NCBI GenBank assembly: GCA_964016885.1
Contig: OZ024755.1
Span: forward strand, 45,011,806 to 45,075,805
DNA from: Eledone cirrhosa
Lineage: Eukaryota
Reading direction: 5' to 3'
Length of the DNA: 64,000 nucleotides
Position numbers and translations under genes: made by a program. The notes under the pieces were generated by a model. That model made no database searches, was not told the DNA's origin, and saw nothing but the letters and a program-made list of their open reading frames with translations. Positions 1-18,000 of this stretch are shown here, one piece after another. Each line of letters opens with the position of its first letter. Position 1 is the stretch's first letter.

Positions 1-3000
1 GTTGACAGTACCAACATATACTGTGTACCACAGTTGACAGTACCAACGTATACTGTGTACCACAGTTGACAATACCATCATATAGTGTGTACCACAGTTG
101 ACAGTACCATCTTATACTGTGTACCACAGTTGACAGTACCAACGTATAATGTGTACCACAGTTGAAAGTACCAACGTATACTGTGTACCACAGTTGACAG
201 TACCAGCATATACTGTGTACCACAGTTGACAGTACCAACATACACTGTGTACCACAGTTGACAGTACAAACATATACTGTGTACCACAGTTGACAGTACC
301 AACATATACTGTAGTACCACATTTGAGAGTACCAACATATACTGTGTACCACAGTTGACAGTACCAACATATACTGTGTACCACTGTTGACAGTACCAAC
401 GTATACTGTGTACCACAGTTAACAGTACCAACATATAATGTGTACCACAGTTGACAGTACCAACGTATACTGTGTATCACTGTTGACAGTACCAACATAT
501 ACAGTGTACCAATGTTGACAGTACCAACATATACTGTGTACCACAGTTGACAGTACCAACATATACTGTGTACCATAGTTGACAGTACCAACGGATACTG
601 TGTACCACATTTGACAGTACCAACATATACTGTGTACCACAGCTGGCAGTACCAACATATATTTTGTACCACAGTTGACAGTACCAACATATATTTTGTA
701 CCACAGTTCACAGTACCAACATATACTGTGTACCACAGTTGACAGTACCAACATATACTGTGTACCACAGTTGACAGTACTAACATATACTGTGTACCAG
801 ATTTGACAGTACCAACATATACTGTGTACCAGAGTGACAGTACTAACATATACTGTGTACCACAGTTGACAGTACCAACATATACTGTGTACCACAGTTG
901 ACAGTACCAACATATACTGTGTCCGACAGTTGACAGTACCAATGTATACTGAGTACCACAGTTGACAGTACCAACATATCCTGTGTACCATAGTTGATAG
1001 TACCAACATATACTGTGTACCACAGTTGACAGTACTGACAGATACTGTGTACCAGAGTTGACAGTACCCACATATACTGAGTAGCACAGTTGACAGTACC
1101 AATGTATACTGTGTACCACATTTGACAGTACCGACATATATTGTGTAGCACAGTTGACAGTACCCACATATACTGGGTACCACAGTTGACAGTACCCACG
1201 TATACGGTGTACCACAGTTGACAGTACCAACATATACTGTGTACCACTGTTGACAGTACCCACATATACTGTGTACCACAGTTGACACTAACCACATATA
1301 CTGTGTACCACAGTTGACAGTACCAACATATACTGTGTACCACAGTTGACAGTACCAACATATACTGTATACCACAGTTGACAGTTCCAACATATATGGT
1401 GTACCATTGTTGACACTACCGACATATACTGTGTAGCACAGTTGACAGTACCAACATATACTGTGTACCACAGTTGACAGTACCAACGTAAACTGTGTGC
1501 CACAGTTGACAGTACCCACATATACTGGGTACCACAGTTGACAATACCATCATATATTGTGTACCACAGTAGACACTACCAACATAAACTGTGTACCACA
1601 GTTGACAGTACCAATATATACTGTGTACCACAGTTGGCAGTACCAACATATACTGTGTACCACAGTTGACAGTACCAACATATACTGTGTACCACATTTG
1701 ACAGAACCAACAATTACTGTGTACCACAGTTGACAGTACCAACATATACTGTGTGCCACTGTTCACAGTACCACAGTTGACAATACCAACTTATACAGTA
1801 CCAACATATACTGTGTACCATAGTTGACAGTACCAACTTATACAGTGTACCGCAGTTGACAGTACCAACATATACTGTGTACCATACATGAGAGTACCAA
1901 CGCATACTGTGTACCTCAGTTGACAGTACCAACATATACTGTGTACCAGAGTTGAGAGTACCAACATATACTGTGTACCACTGTTGACAGTACCAACATA
2001 TACTGTGTACCACATTTGACAGTACCAACGTATACTGTGTACCACAGTTGAGAGTACTAATATATACTGTGTACCACAGTTGACAGTACCAACATATACT
2101 GTGTACCACAGTTGACAGTACTAACATATACTGTGTACCACATGTGACAGTATCCACGTATATGTGTACCAGAGTTGATAGTATCAACGTAATGTGTACC
2201 ACATATTGACAGTACCAACATATACTGTGTACCACAGCTGACAGTACCAACGTATACTGTGTACCACAGTTGACAGTACCAACGTATACTGTGTACCACA
2301 GTTGACAGTACCAACATATACTGTGTACCACAGATGACAGTACCAACGTATACTGTGTACCACATTTGACAGTACCAACGTATACAGTGTACCACAGTGG
2401 ACAGTACCAACGTATATGTGTACAACATATTGACAGTACCAACATATACTGTGTACCAGAGTTGACAGTACCAACATATACTGTGTACCTCAGTTGACAG
2501 TGTCAACATATACTGTGTACCACAGTTGACAGTACCAACATATAGTGTGTACCACAGTTGACAGTACCAACATATACTGTGTACCACATTTGACAGTACC
2601 AACGTATACTGTGTACCACTGTTGACAGTACCAACATATACAGTGTACCACAGTTTACAGTACCAACATATACCGTGTACCACAGTTGACAGTTCCAACA
2701 TATACCGTGTACCACAGTTGACAGTACTAACATATACTGTGTACCACAGTTGTCAGTACCAACGTATACTGTGTACTACAGTTGACAGTACCAACATATA
2801 CTGTGTACCATAGTTGACAGTATTAACGTATATGTGTACCACTGTTGACAGCACTAACATATGCTGTGTACCACATTTGAGAGTACCAACATATACTGTG
2901 TACCGCAGTTGACAGTACCACCCTATACTGTGTACCACAGATGACAGTGCCAACATATACTGTGTACCACAGTTGACAGTACCAATATATACTGTGTACC

Positions 3001-6000
3001 AGTGTTGACAGTACTAACATATACGGTGTACCACAGTTGACAGTACCAACATATACTGTGTACCACTGTTGACAGTACCCACATATACTGTGTACCACAG
3101 TTGACACTAACCACATATACTGTGTACCACAGTTGACAGTACCAACATATACTGTGTACCACAGTTGACAGTACCAACATATACTGTGTACCACAGTTGA
3201 CAGTTCCAACATATATAGTGTACCACTGTTGACACTACCGACATATACTGTGTAGCAAAGTTGACAGTACCAACATATACTGTGTACCACAGTTGACAGT
3301 ACCAACGTAAACTGTGTACCACTGTTGACAGTACCAACATATACAGTGTACCACAGTTGACAGTACCAACATATACTGTCTACCACAGTTGACAGTACCA
3401 ACATATACTGTGTACCACAGTTGACAGTACTAACATATACTGTATACCACAGTTGACAGTACCAACATATACCGTGTACCACAGTTGACAGTACTAACAT
3501 ATACTGTGTACCACAGTTGACACTACCAACGTATACTGTGTATCACTGTTGACAGTACCAACATATACAGTGTACCAATGTTGACAGTACCAACATATAC
3601 TGTGTACCACAGTTGACAGTACCAACATATACTGTGTACCATAGTTGACAGTACCAACATATACTGTGTACCACAGTTGACAGTACCAACATATACTGTG
3701 TAACAGAGTGACAGTACTAACATATACTGTGTACCACAGTTGACAGTACCAACATATACTGTGTACCACAGTTGACAGTACCAACATATACTGTGTAACA
3801 CAGTTGACAGTACCCACATATAATGGGTACCACAGTTGACAATACCATCATATACAGTGTACCACAGTTGACAGTACCAACATATACTGTGTACCACAGT
3901 TGACAGTACCAACATAAACTGTGTACCACAGTTGGCAGTACCAACATATACTGTGCACCACATTTGACAGTACCAACATATACAGTGTACCACAGTTGAC
4001 AGTACCAACATATATTGTGTACCACAGTTGACAGTACTAACGTATACTGTGTACCACAGTTGACAGTACTAACATATACTGTGTACCAGAGTTGACAGTA
4101 CCAACATATAATGTGTACCAGAGTTGACAGTACTAACATATACTGTGTACCAGAGTTGACAGTACCAACATATACCGTGTACCACAGTTGACAGTATCAA
4201 CATATACTGTGTTCCACAGTTGACAATACCAACGTATTCTGTGTACCACAGTTGACAGTACCAACATATACTGTGTACCACTGTTGACAGTACTAACGTA
4301 TAATGTGTACCACAGTTAAGAGTACCAACATATACTGTGTACCACAGTTGACAGTACCAACGTATACTGTGTACCACTGTTGACAGTACCAACATATACA
4401 GTGTACCACAGTTGACAGTACCAACATATAATGTGTACCACATTTGACAGTACCAACATATACTGTGTACCATAGTTGACAGTACCAACTTATACAGTGT
4501 ACCGCAGTTGACAGTACCAACATATACTGTGTACCAGAGTTGAGAGTACCAACATATACTGTGTACCACTGTTGACAGTACCAACATATACTGTGTACCA
4601 CATTTGACAGTACCAACGTATACTGTGTACCACAGTTGAGAGTACTAATATATACTGTGTACCACAGTTGACAGTACCAACATATACTGTGTACCACAGT
4701 TGACAGTACTAACATATACTGTGTACCACAGGTGACAGTATCCACGTATATGTGTACCACAGTTGATAGTATCAACGTAATGTGTACCACATATTGACAG
4801 TACCAACATATACTGTGTACCACAGCTGACAGTACCAACGTATACTGTGTACCACAGTTGACAGTACCAACGTATACTGTGTACCACAGTTGACAGTACC
4901 AACATATACTGTGTACCACATTTGACAGTACCAACGTATACAGTGTACCACAGTGGACAGTACCAACGTATATGTGTACAACATATTGACAGTACCAACA
5001 TATACTGTGTACCAGAGTTGACAGTACCAACATATACTGTGTACCACAGTTGACAGTACCAACATATAGTGTGTACCACAGTTGACAGTACCAACATATA
5101 CTGTGTACCACATTTGACAGTACCAACGTATACTGTGTACCACTGTTGACAGTACCAACATATACAGTGTACCACAGTTTACAGTACCAACATATACCGT
5201 GTACCACAGTTGACAGTACCAACATATACCGTGTACCACAGTTGACAGTACTAACATATACTGTGTACCACAGTTGTCAGTACCAACGTATACTGTGTAC
5301 TAAAGTTGACCGTACCAACATATACTGTGTACCATAGTTGACAGTATTAACGTATATGTGTACCACTGTTCACAGCACTAACATATGCTGTGTACCACAG
5401 TTGAGAGTACCAACATATACTGTGTACCACAGTTGACAGTACCACCCTATACTGTGTACCACAGTTGACAGTGCCAACATATACTGTGTACCACAGTTGA
5501 CAGTACCAATATATACTGTGTACCAGTGTTGACAGTACTAACATATACGGTGTACCACAGTTGACAGTACCAACATATACTGTGTACCACTGTTGACAGT
5601 ACCCACATATACTGTGTACCACAGTTGACACTAACCACATATACTGTGTACCACAGTTGACAGTACCAACATATACTGTGTACCACAGTTGACAGTACCA
5701 ACATATACTGTGTACCACAGTTGACAGTTCCAACATATATGGTGTACCACTGTTGACACTACCGACATATACTGTGTAGCACTGTTGACAGTACCCACAT
5801 ATACTGTGTACCACAGTTGACACTAACCACATATACTGTGTACCACAGTTGACAGTACCAACATATACTGTGTACCACAGTTGACAGTACCAACATATAC
5901 TGTATACCACAGTTGACAGTTCCAACATATATGGTGTACCATTGTTGACACTACCGACATATACTGTGTAGCACAGTTGACAGTACCAACATATACTGTG

Positions 6001-9000
6001 TACCACAGTTGACAGTACCAACGTAAACTGTGTGCCACAGTTGACAGTACCCACATATACTGGGTACCACAGTTGACAATACCATCATATATTGTGTACC
6101 ACAGTAGACACTACCAACATAAACTGTGTACCACAGTTGACAGTACCAATATATACTGTCTACCACAGTTGGCAGTACCAACATATACTGTGTACCACAG
6201 TTGACAGTACCAACATATACTGTGTACCACATTTGACAGAACCAACAATTACTGTGTACCACAGTTGACAGTACCAACATATACTGTGTGCCACTGTTCA
6301 CAGTACCACAGTTGACAATACCAACTTATACAGTACCAACATATACTGTGTACCATAGTTGACAGTACCAACTTATACAGTGTACCGCAGTTGACAGTAC
6401 CAACATATACTGTGTACCATACATGAGAGTACCAACGCATACTGTGTACCTCAGTTGACAGTACCAACATATACTGTGTACCAGAGTTGAGAGTACCAAC
6501 ATATACTGTGTACCACTGTTGACAGTACCAACATATACTGTGTACCACATTTGACAGTACCAACGTATACTGTGTACCACAGTTGAGAGTACTAATATAT
6601 ACTGTGTACCACAGTTGACAGTACCAACATATACTGTGTACCACAGTTGACAGTACTAACATATACTGTGTACCACATGTGACAGTATCCACGTATATGT
6701 GTACCAGAGTTGATAGTATCAACGTAATGTGTACCACATATTGACAGTACCAACATATACTGTGTACCACAGCTGACAGTACCAACGTATACTGTGTACC
6801 ACAGTTGACAGTACCAACGTATACTGTGTACCACAGTTGACAGTACCAACATATACTGTGTACCACAGATGACAGTACCAACGTATACTGTGTACCACAT
6901 TTGACAGTACCAACGTATACAGTGTACCACAGTGGACAGTACCAACGTATATGTGTACAACATATTGACAGTACCAACATATACTGTGTACCAGAGTTGA
7001 CAGTACCAACATATACTGTGTACCTCAGTTGACAGTGTCAACATATACTGTGTACCACAGTTGACAGTACCAACATATAGTGTGTACCACAGTTGACAGT
7101 ACCAACATATACTGTGTACCACATTTGACAGTACCAACGTATACTGTGTACCACTGTTGACAGTACCAACATATACAGTGTACCACAGTTTACAGTACCA
7201 ACATATACCGTGTACCACAGTTGACAGTTCCAACATATACCGTGTACCACAGTTGACAGTACTAACATATACTGTGTACCACAGTTGTCAGTACCAACGT
7301 ATACTGTGTACTACAGTTGACAGTACCAACATATACTGTGTACCATAGTTGACAGTATTAACGTATATGTGTACCACTGTTGACAGCACTAACATATGCT
7401 GTGTACCACATTTGAGAGTACCAACATATACTGTGTACCGCAGTTGACAGTACCACCCTATACTGTGTACCACAGATGACAGTGCCAACATATACTGTGT
7501 ACCACAGTTGACAGTACCAATATATACTGTGTACCAGTGTTGACAGTACTAACATATACGGTGTACCACAGTTGACAGTACCAACATATACTGTGTACCA
7601 CTGTTGACAGTACCCACATATACTGTGTACCACAGTTGACACTAACCACATATACTGTGTACCACAGTTGACAGTACCAACATATACTGTGTACCACAGT
7701 TGACAGTACCAACATATACTGTGTACCACAGTTGACAGTTCCAACATATATAGTGTACCACTGTTGACACTACCGACATATACTGTGTAGCAAAGTTGAC
7801 AGTACCAACATATACTGTGTACCACAGTTGACAGTACCAACGTAAACTGTGTACCACTGTTGACAGTACCAACATATACAGTGTACCACAGTTGACAGTA
7901 CCAACATATACTGTCTACCACAGTTGACAGTACCAACATATACTGTGTACCACAGTTGACAGTACTAACATATACTGTATACCACAGTTGACAGTACCAA
8001 CATATACCGTGTACCACAGTTGACAGTACTAACATATACTGTGTACCACAGTTGACACTACCAACGTATACTGTGTATCACTGTTGACAGTACCAACATA
8101 TACAGTGTACCAATGTTGACAGTACCAACATATACTGTGTACCACAGTTGACAGTACCAACATATACTGTGTACCATAGTTGACAGTACCAACATATACT
8201 GTGTACCACAGTTGACAGTACCAACATATACTGTGTAACAGAGTGACAGTACTAACATATACTGTGCACCACAGTTGACAGTACCAACATATACTGTGTA
8301 CCACAGTTGACAGTACCAACATATACTGTGTAACACAGTTGACAGTACCCACATATAATGGGTACCACAGTTGACAATACCATCATATACAGTGTACCAC
8401 AGTTGACAGTACCAACATATACTGTGTACCACAGTTGACAGTACCAACATAAACTGTGTACCACAGTTGGCAGTACCAACATATACTGTGCACCACATTT
8501 GACAGTACCAACATATACAGTGTACCACAGTTGACAGTACCAACATATATTGTGTACCACAGTTGACAGTACTAACGTATACTGTGTACCACAGTTGACA
8601 GTACTAACATATACTGTGTACCAGAGTTGACAGTACCAACATATAATGTGTACCAGAGTTGACAGTACTAACATATACTGTGTACCAGAGTTGACAGTAC
8701 CAACATATACCGTGTACCACAGTTGACAGTATCAACATATACTGTGTTCCACAGTTGACAATACCAACGTATTCTGTGTACCACAGTTGACAGTACCAAC
8801 ATATACTGTGTACCACTGTTGACAGTACTAACGTATAATGTGTACCACAGTTAAGAGTACCAACATATACTGTGTACCACAGTTGACAGTACCAACGTAT
8901 ACTGTGTACCACTGTTGACAGTACCAACATATACAGTGTACCACAGTTGACAGTACCAACATATAATGTGTACCACATTTGACAGTACCAACATATACTG

Positions 9001-12000
9001 TGTACCATAGTTGACAGTACCAACTTATACAGTGTACCGCAGTTGACAGTACCAACATATACTGTGTACCAGAGTTGAGAGTACCAACATATACTGTGTA
9101 CCACTGTTGACAGTACCAACATATACTGTGTACCACATTTGACAGTACCAACGTATACTGTGTACCACAGTTGAGAGTACTAATATATACTGTGTACCAC
9201 AGTTGACAGTACCAACATATACTGTGTACCACAGTTGACAGTACTAACATATACTGTGTACCACAGGTGACAGTATCCACGTATATGTGTACCACAGTTG
9301 ATAGTATCAACGTAATGTGTACCACATATTGACAGTACCAACATATACTGTGTACCACAGCTGACAGTACCAACGTATACTGTGTACCACAGTTGACAGT
9401 ACCAACGTATACTGTGTACCACAGTTGACAGTACCAACATATACTGTGTACCACATTTGACAGTACCAACGTATACAGTGTACCACAGTGGACAGTACCA
9501 ACGTATATGTGTACAACATATTGACAGTACCAACATATACTGTGTACCAGAGTTGACAGTACCAACATATACTGTGTACCACAGTTGACAGTACCAACAT
9601 ATAGTGTGTACCACAGTTGACAGTACCAACATATACTGTGTACCACATTTGACAGTACCAACGTATACTGTGTACCACTGTTGACAGTACCAACATATAC
9701 AGTGTACCACAGTTTACAGTACCAACATATACCGTGTACCACAGTTGACAGTACCAACATATACCGTGTACCACAGTTGACAGTACTAACATATACTGTG
9801 TACCACAGTTGTCAGTACCAACGTATACTGTGTACTAAAGTTGACCGTACCAACATATACTGTGTACCATAGTTGACAGTATTAACGTATATGTGTACCA
9901 CTGTTCACAGCACTAACATATGCTGTGTACCACAGTTGAGAGTACCAACATATACTGTGTACCACAGTTGACAGTACCACCCTATACTGTGTACCACAGT
10001 TGACAGTGCCAACATATACTGTGTACCACAGTTGACAGTACCAATATATACTGTGTACCAGTGTTGACAGTACTAACATATACGGTGTACCACAGTTGAC
10101 AGTACCAACATATACTGTGTACCACTGTTGACAGTACCCACATATACTGTGTACCACAGTTGACACTAACCACATATACTGTGTACCACAGTTGACAGTA
10201 CCAACATATACTGTGTACCACAGTTGACAGTACCAACATATACTGTGTACCACAGTTGACAGTTCCAACATATATGGTGTACCACTGTTGACACTACCGA
10301 CATATACTGTGTAGCACAGTTGACAGTACCAACATATACTGTGTACCACAGTTGACAGTACCAACGTAAACTGTGTACCACTGTTGACAGTACCAACATA
10401 TACAGTGTACCACAGTTGACAGTACCAACATATACTGTCTACCACAGTTGACAGTACCAACATATACTGTGTACCACAGTTGACAGTACTAACATATACT
10501 GTATACCACAGTTGGCAGTACCAACATATACCGTGTACCACAGTTGACAGTACCAACATATACTGTGTACCCCAGTTGACAGTACTAACATATACTGTGT
10601 ACCACATTTGACACTACCAACGTATACTGTGTATCACTGTTGACAGTACCAACATATACAGTGTACCAATGTTGACAGTACCAACATATACTTTGTACCA
10701 CAGTTCACAGTACCAACATATACTATGTACCACAGTTGACAGTACCAACATATACTGTGTACCACAGTTGACAGTACTAACATATACTGTGTACCAGATT
10801 TGACAGTACCAACATATACTATGTACCAGAGTTGACAGTACTAACATATACTGTGTACCACAGTTGACAGTAGCAACATATACTGTGTACCACAGTTGAC
10901 AGTACCAACATATACTGTGTACCACAGTTGACAGTACCCACATATAATGGGTACCACAGTTGACAATGCCATCATATGCAGTGTACCACAGTTGACACTA
11001 CCAACATAAATTGTGTTCCAGAGTTGACAGTACCAACATATACTGTGTACCACAGTTGAAAGTACCAACGTATACTGTGTACCACAGTTGACAGTACCAA
11101 CATATACTGTGTACCACAGTTGACAGTACCAACATATACTGTGTACCACAGTTGACAGTACCAACGTATACTGTGTACCACAGTTGACAGTACCAACATA
11201 TACTGTGTACCACAGTTGACAGTACCAACATATACTGTGTACCACAGTTGGTAGTACCAACATATACTGTGTACCACATTTGACAGTAGCAACATATACA
11301 GTGTACCACAGTTGACAGTACCAACATATATTGTGTACCACAGTTGACAGTACTAACGTATACTGTGTACCACAGTTGACAGTACAAACATACTGTGTAC
11401 CACAGTTGACAGTACCATCATATACTGCGTACCACAGTTGACAGTACTAACATATACTGTCTACCACGGTTGACAGTACCAACATATAATGTGTACCACA
11501 GTTGACAGTACCAACGTATACTGTGTACCATAGTTGACAGTACCAACATATACTGTGTACCACAGTTAACAGTACCGACATATACTGTGTACCACGGTTG
11601 ACAGTACCAACATATAATGTGTACCACAGTTGACAGTACCAACGTATACTGTGTACCACAGTTGACAGTACCAACATATACTGTGTACCACAGTTGACAG
11701 TACCAACATATACTGTGTACCACAGTTGACAGTACCAACGTATACTGTGTACCACAGTTGACAGTACTAACATATACTGTGTACCACAGTTGACAATACC
11801 AACATATACTGTGTATCACAGTTGACAGCACCAACATATACTGTGTACCACAGTTGACAGTTCCAACATATATGGTGTACCACTGTTGACCCAACCAACA
11901 TATACTGTGTAGCACATTTGACAGTACCAACATATACTGTGTACCACAGTTGATAGTACCAACATATACTGTGTACGAGAGTTGACAGTACCAACATATA

Positions 12001-15000
12001 CTGTGTACCATAGTTGACAGAACCAACGTATACTGTGTACCACAGTTGACAGTACCAACATATACTGTGTACCACAGTTGACAGTACCAACATATAGTGT
12101 GTACCACAGTTGACAGTACTAACATATACTGTGTACCACAGTTGGCAGTACCAACATATACCGTGTACCACAGTTGACAGTACTAACATATACTGTGTAC
12201 CACAGTTGGCAGTACCAACATATACCGTGTACCACAGTTGAAAGTACCATCATATACTGTGTACCACAGTTGACAGTACCAACGTATACTATGTACCACA
12301 GTTGACAGTACCAACATATACCGTGTACCACAGTTGAGAGTACCAACATATACTGTGTATATTATCACAGTTGACAGTACCAACATATACTCTGAACCAC
12401 ATTTGACTACCAACGTATAATGTGTACCACAGTTGACAGTACCAACAGATATTGTGTACCACAGTTGACAATACCAACGTATTCTGTGTACCACTGTTGA
12501 CAGTACCAACATATACCGTGTACCACAGTTGAGCGTACCAACATATAATGTGTAACACATTTGACACTACCAACATATACTGTGTACCACAGTTGACAGT
12601 ACCAACATATACTGTGTACCACAGTTGACAATACCAACATATACTGTGTACCGCAGTTTACAGTACCAACATATACTGTGTACCACAGTTGACAGTTCCA
12701 ACATATATGGTGTACCACTGTTGACACTACCGACATATACTGTGTAGCACAGTTGACACTACCCACATATACTATGTACCACAGTTGACAGTACCACCCT
12801 ATACTGTGTACCACAGTTGACAGTGCCAACATATACTGTGTACCACAGTTGAGAGTACCAATATATACTGTGTACCAATGTTGACAGTACTAACATATAC
12901 GGTGTACCACAGTTGAGAGTACCAACATATACTGTGTACCACTGTTGACAATACCCACATATACTGTGTACCACAGTTGACACTAACCACATATACTGTG
13001 TACCACAGTTGACAGTACCAACATATACTGTGTACCACAGTTGACAGTACCAACATATACTGTGTACCACAGTTGACAGTTCCAACATATATGGTGTACC
13101 ACAGTTGACACTACCGACATATACTGTGTAGCACAGTTGACTGTACCACATATACTGTGTACCACAGTTGACAGTACCAACGTATACTGTGTACCACTGT
13201 TGACAGTACCAACATATACAGTGTACCACAGTTGACAGTACCAACATATACTGTCTACCACAGTTGACAGTACCAACATATACTGTGTACCACAGTTGAC
13301 AGTGCTAACATATACTGTGTACCACAGTTGGCAGTACCAACATATACCGTGTACCACAGTTGACAGTACCAACATATACTGTGTACCACAGTTGACAGTA
13401 CCAACATATACTGTGTACCACAGTTGACAGTACTAACATATACTGTGTACCACAGTTGACAGTACCAACATATACTGTGTACCATAGTTGACAGTACCAA
13501 CGAATACTGTGTACCACAGTTGACAGTACCAACATATACTGTGTACCACAGTGGACAGTACCAACATATACCGTATACCACAGTTCACAGTACCAACATA
13601 TACTGTGTACCGCTGTTGACAGTACCAACATATACTGTGTACCACAGTTGACAGTACCAACATATATTGTGTACCACAGTTGACAGAACCAAGATATACT
13701 GTGTACCACAGTTGACAGTACCAACATATACTGTGTACCACAGTTGACAGTACCAACATATACTGTGTACCACAGTTGACAGTACCAACGTGTACAGTGT
13801 ACCACAGTTGACAGTACCGACATATACTGTGTACCACAGTTGACAGTACCAACATATACTGTGTACCACAGTTGACAGTACCAACATATACTGTGTACAC
13901 ACAGTTGACAGTATCAACGTATACTGTGTACCACAGTTGACAGTACCAACATATACTGTGTACCACAGTTGACAGTACCAACATATACTGTGTACCACGG
14001 TTGACAGTACCAACATATAATGTGTACCACAGTTGACAGTACCAACGTATACTGTGTACCACAGTTGAAAGTACCAACATATACTGTGTACCTCAGTTGA
14101 CAGTACCAACATATACTGTGTACCACAGTTGACAGTACCAACATATACTGGGTACAACAGTTGACAGTACCAAAATATACTGTGTATATTATCACAGTTG
14201 ACAGTACCAACATATACTGTGTACCACATTTGACTACCAACGTATACTGTGTACTACAGTTGACAGTACCAACATATACTGTGTACCACAGTTGACAATA
14301 CCAACGTATACTGTGTACCGCAGTTGACAGTACCAACATATACACTGTACCACAGTTGAGCGTACCAACATATACTGTGTACCACAGTTGACAGTACCAA
14401 CATATACTGTGTACCACAGTTGACAGTACCAACATATACTGTGTACCACAGTTGACAGTACTAACATATACTGTGTACCACAGTTGACAGTACCAACATA
14501 TACTGTGTACCATAGTTGACAGTACCAACGAATACTGTGTACCACAGTTGACAGTACCAACATATACTGTGTACCACAGTGGACAGTACCAACATATACC
14601 GTATACCACAGTTCACAGTACCAACATATACTGTGTACCGCTGTTGACAGTACCAACATATACTGTGTACCACAGTTGACAGTACCAACATATATTGTGT
14701 ACCACAGTTGACAGAACCAAGATATACTGTGTACCACAGTTGACAGTACCAACATATACTGTGTACCACAGTTGACAGTACCAACATATACTGTGTACCA
14801 CAGTTGACAGTACCAACGTGTACAGTGTACCACAGTTGACAGTACCGACATATACTGTGTACCACAGTTGACAGTACCAACATATACTGTGTACCACAGT
14901 TGACAGTACCAACATATACTGTGTACACACAGTTGACAGTATCAACGTATACTGTGTACCACAGTTGACAGTACCAACATATACTGTGTACCACAGTTGA

Positions 15001-18000
15001 CAGTACCAACATATACTGTGTACCACGGTTGACAGTACCAACATATAATGTGTACCACAGTTGACAGTACCAACGTATACTGTGTACCACAGTTGAAAGT
15101 ACCAACATATACTGTGTACCTCAGTTGACAGCACCAACATGTACTGTGTACCACAGTTGACAGTACCAACATATACTGGGTACAACAGTTGACAGTACCA
15201 AAATATACTGTGTATATTATCACAGTTGACAGTACCAACATATACTGTGTACCACATTTGACTACCAACGTATACTGTGTACTACAGTTGACAGTACCAA
15301 CATATACTGTGTACCACAGTTGACAATACCAACGTATACTGTGTACCGCAGTTGACAGTACCAACATATACACTGTACCACAGTTGAGCGTACCAACATA
15401 TACTGTGTACCACAGTTGACAGTACCAACATATACTGTGTACCACAGTTGACAGTACCAACATATACTATATAGCACAGTTGACTGCACCAACATATACT
15501 GTGTACCACTGTTGACAGTACCAACATATACTGTGTACCACAGTTGACAGTACCAACGTATATTGTGTACCACAGTTGACAGTACCAACATATACTGTGT
15601 ACCACAGTTGCCAGTTCCAACACATATGGTGTACAACTGTTGACACTACCGACATATACTGTGTAGCACAGTTGACAGTACCAACGTATACTGTGTCCCA
15701 CTGTTGACAATACCAACACATACAGTGTACCACAGTTGACAGTACCAACATATAGTGTGTGCCACAGTTGACAGTACCAACATATACTGTGTACCATAGT
15801 TGACAGTACCAACGTATACTGTGTACCACATTTGACAGTACCAACATATACTGGGTACCACATTTGACAGTACCAACATATACTGTGTACCACATTTGAC
15901 AGTACCAACATATACTGTGTACCATAGTTGACAGTACCAACGTATACTGTGTACCACAGTTGACAGTACCAACATATACTGTGTACCACATTTGACAATA
16001 CCAATGTATACTGTGTACCGCAGTTGACAGTACCAACATATACCGTGTACCACAGTTGAGCGTACCAACATATACTGTGTACCACAGTTGACAGTACCAA
16101 CATATACTGTGTACCACAGTTGACAGTACCAACATATACTGTGTATCACAGTTGACAGTACCAACATATACTGTGTACCACAGTTGACAGTTCCAACATA
16201 TATGGTGTACCACTCTTGACACTACCGACATATACTGTGTAGCACATTTGACCGTACCAACGTATACTGTGTACCACTGTTGACAGTACCAACATAAACA
16301 GTGTACCAAAGTTTACAGTACCAACATATACCGTGTGCCACAGTTGACAGTACCAACATATACCGTGTACCACAGTTGACAGTACTAACATATACTGTGT
16401 ACCAGAGTTGTCAGTACCAACGTATACTGTGTACCACAGTTGACAGTACCAACATATACTGTGTACCATAGTTGACAGTATTAACGTATATGTGTACCAC
16501 TGTTGACAGTACCAATATATACTGTGTACCACAGTTGACAGTACCAATATATACTGTGTAGCAGTGTTGACAGTACTAACATATACGGTGTACCACAGTT
16601 GACAGTACCAACGTATACTGTGTACCACTGTTGACAGTACCCACATATACTGTGTACCACAGTTGACACTAACCACATATACTGTGTACCACAGTTGACA
16701 GTACCAACATATACTGTGTACCACAGTTGACAGTACCACCCTATACTGTGTACCACAGTTGACAGTGCCAACATATACTGTGTAGCACAGTTGACAGTAC
16801 CAATATATACTGTGTACCACTGTTGACAGTACTAACATATACGGTGTACCACAGTTGACAGTACCAACATATACTGTGTACCACTGTTGATAGTACCCAC
16901 ATATACTGTGTACCACAGTTGACACTAACCACATATACTGTGTACCACAGTTGACAGTACCAACATATACTGTGTACCACAGTTGACAGTACCAACATAT
17001 ACTGTGTTCCACAGTTGACAGTTCCAACATATATGGTGTACCACTGTTGACACTACCGACATATACTGTGTAGCACAGTTGACAGTACCAACATATACTG
17101 TGTACCACATTTGACAGTACCAACGTAAACTGTGTACCACTGTTGACAGTACCAACATATACAGTGTACCACAGTTGACAGTACCAACATATACTGTCTA
17201 CCACAGTTGACAGTACCAACATATACTGTGTACCACAGTTGACAGTACTAACATATACTGTATACCACAGTTGGCAGTACCAACATATACCGTGTACCAC
17301 AGTTGACAGTACCAACATATACTGTGTACCACAGTTGACAGTACTAACATATACAGTGTACCACAGTTGACAGTACCAACGTATACTCTGTATCACTGTT
17401 GACAGTACCAACATATACAGTGTACCAATGTTGAAAGTACCAACATATACTGTGTACCACAGTTGACAGTACCAACATATACTGTGTACCATAGTTGACA
17501 GTACCAACGGATACTGTGTACCACATTTGACAGTACCAACATATACTCTGTACCACAGCTGGCAGTACCAACATATACTGTGTACCACAGTTGACAGAAC
17601 CAACATATACTGTGTACCACAGTTGACAGTACCAACATATACTGTGTACCACAGTTGACAGTACCAACATATACTTTGTACCACAGTTTACAGTACCAAC
17701 ATATACTGTGTACCACAGTTGACAGTACCAACATATACTGTGTACCACAGTTGACAGTACTAACATATACTGTGAACTAGATTTGACAGTACCAACATAT
17801 ACTGTGTACCAGAGTGACAGTACTAACATATACTGTGTACCACAGTTGACAGTACCAACATATACTGTGTACCACATTTGACAGTACCAACATATACTGT
17901 GTACCACATTTGACAGTACCAACATATAATGGGTACCACAGTTGACAATACCATCATATACAGTTTACCACAGATGACAGTACCAACATATACTGTGTAC

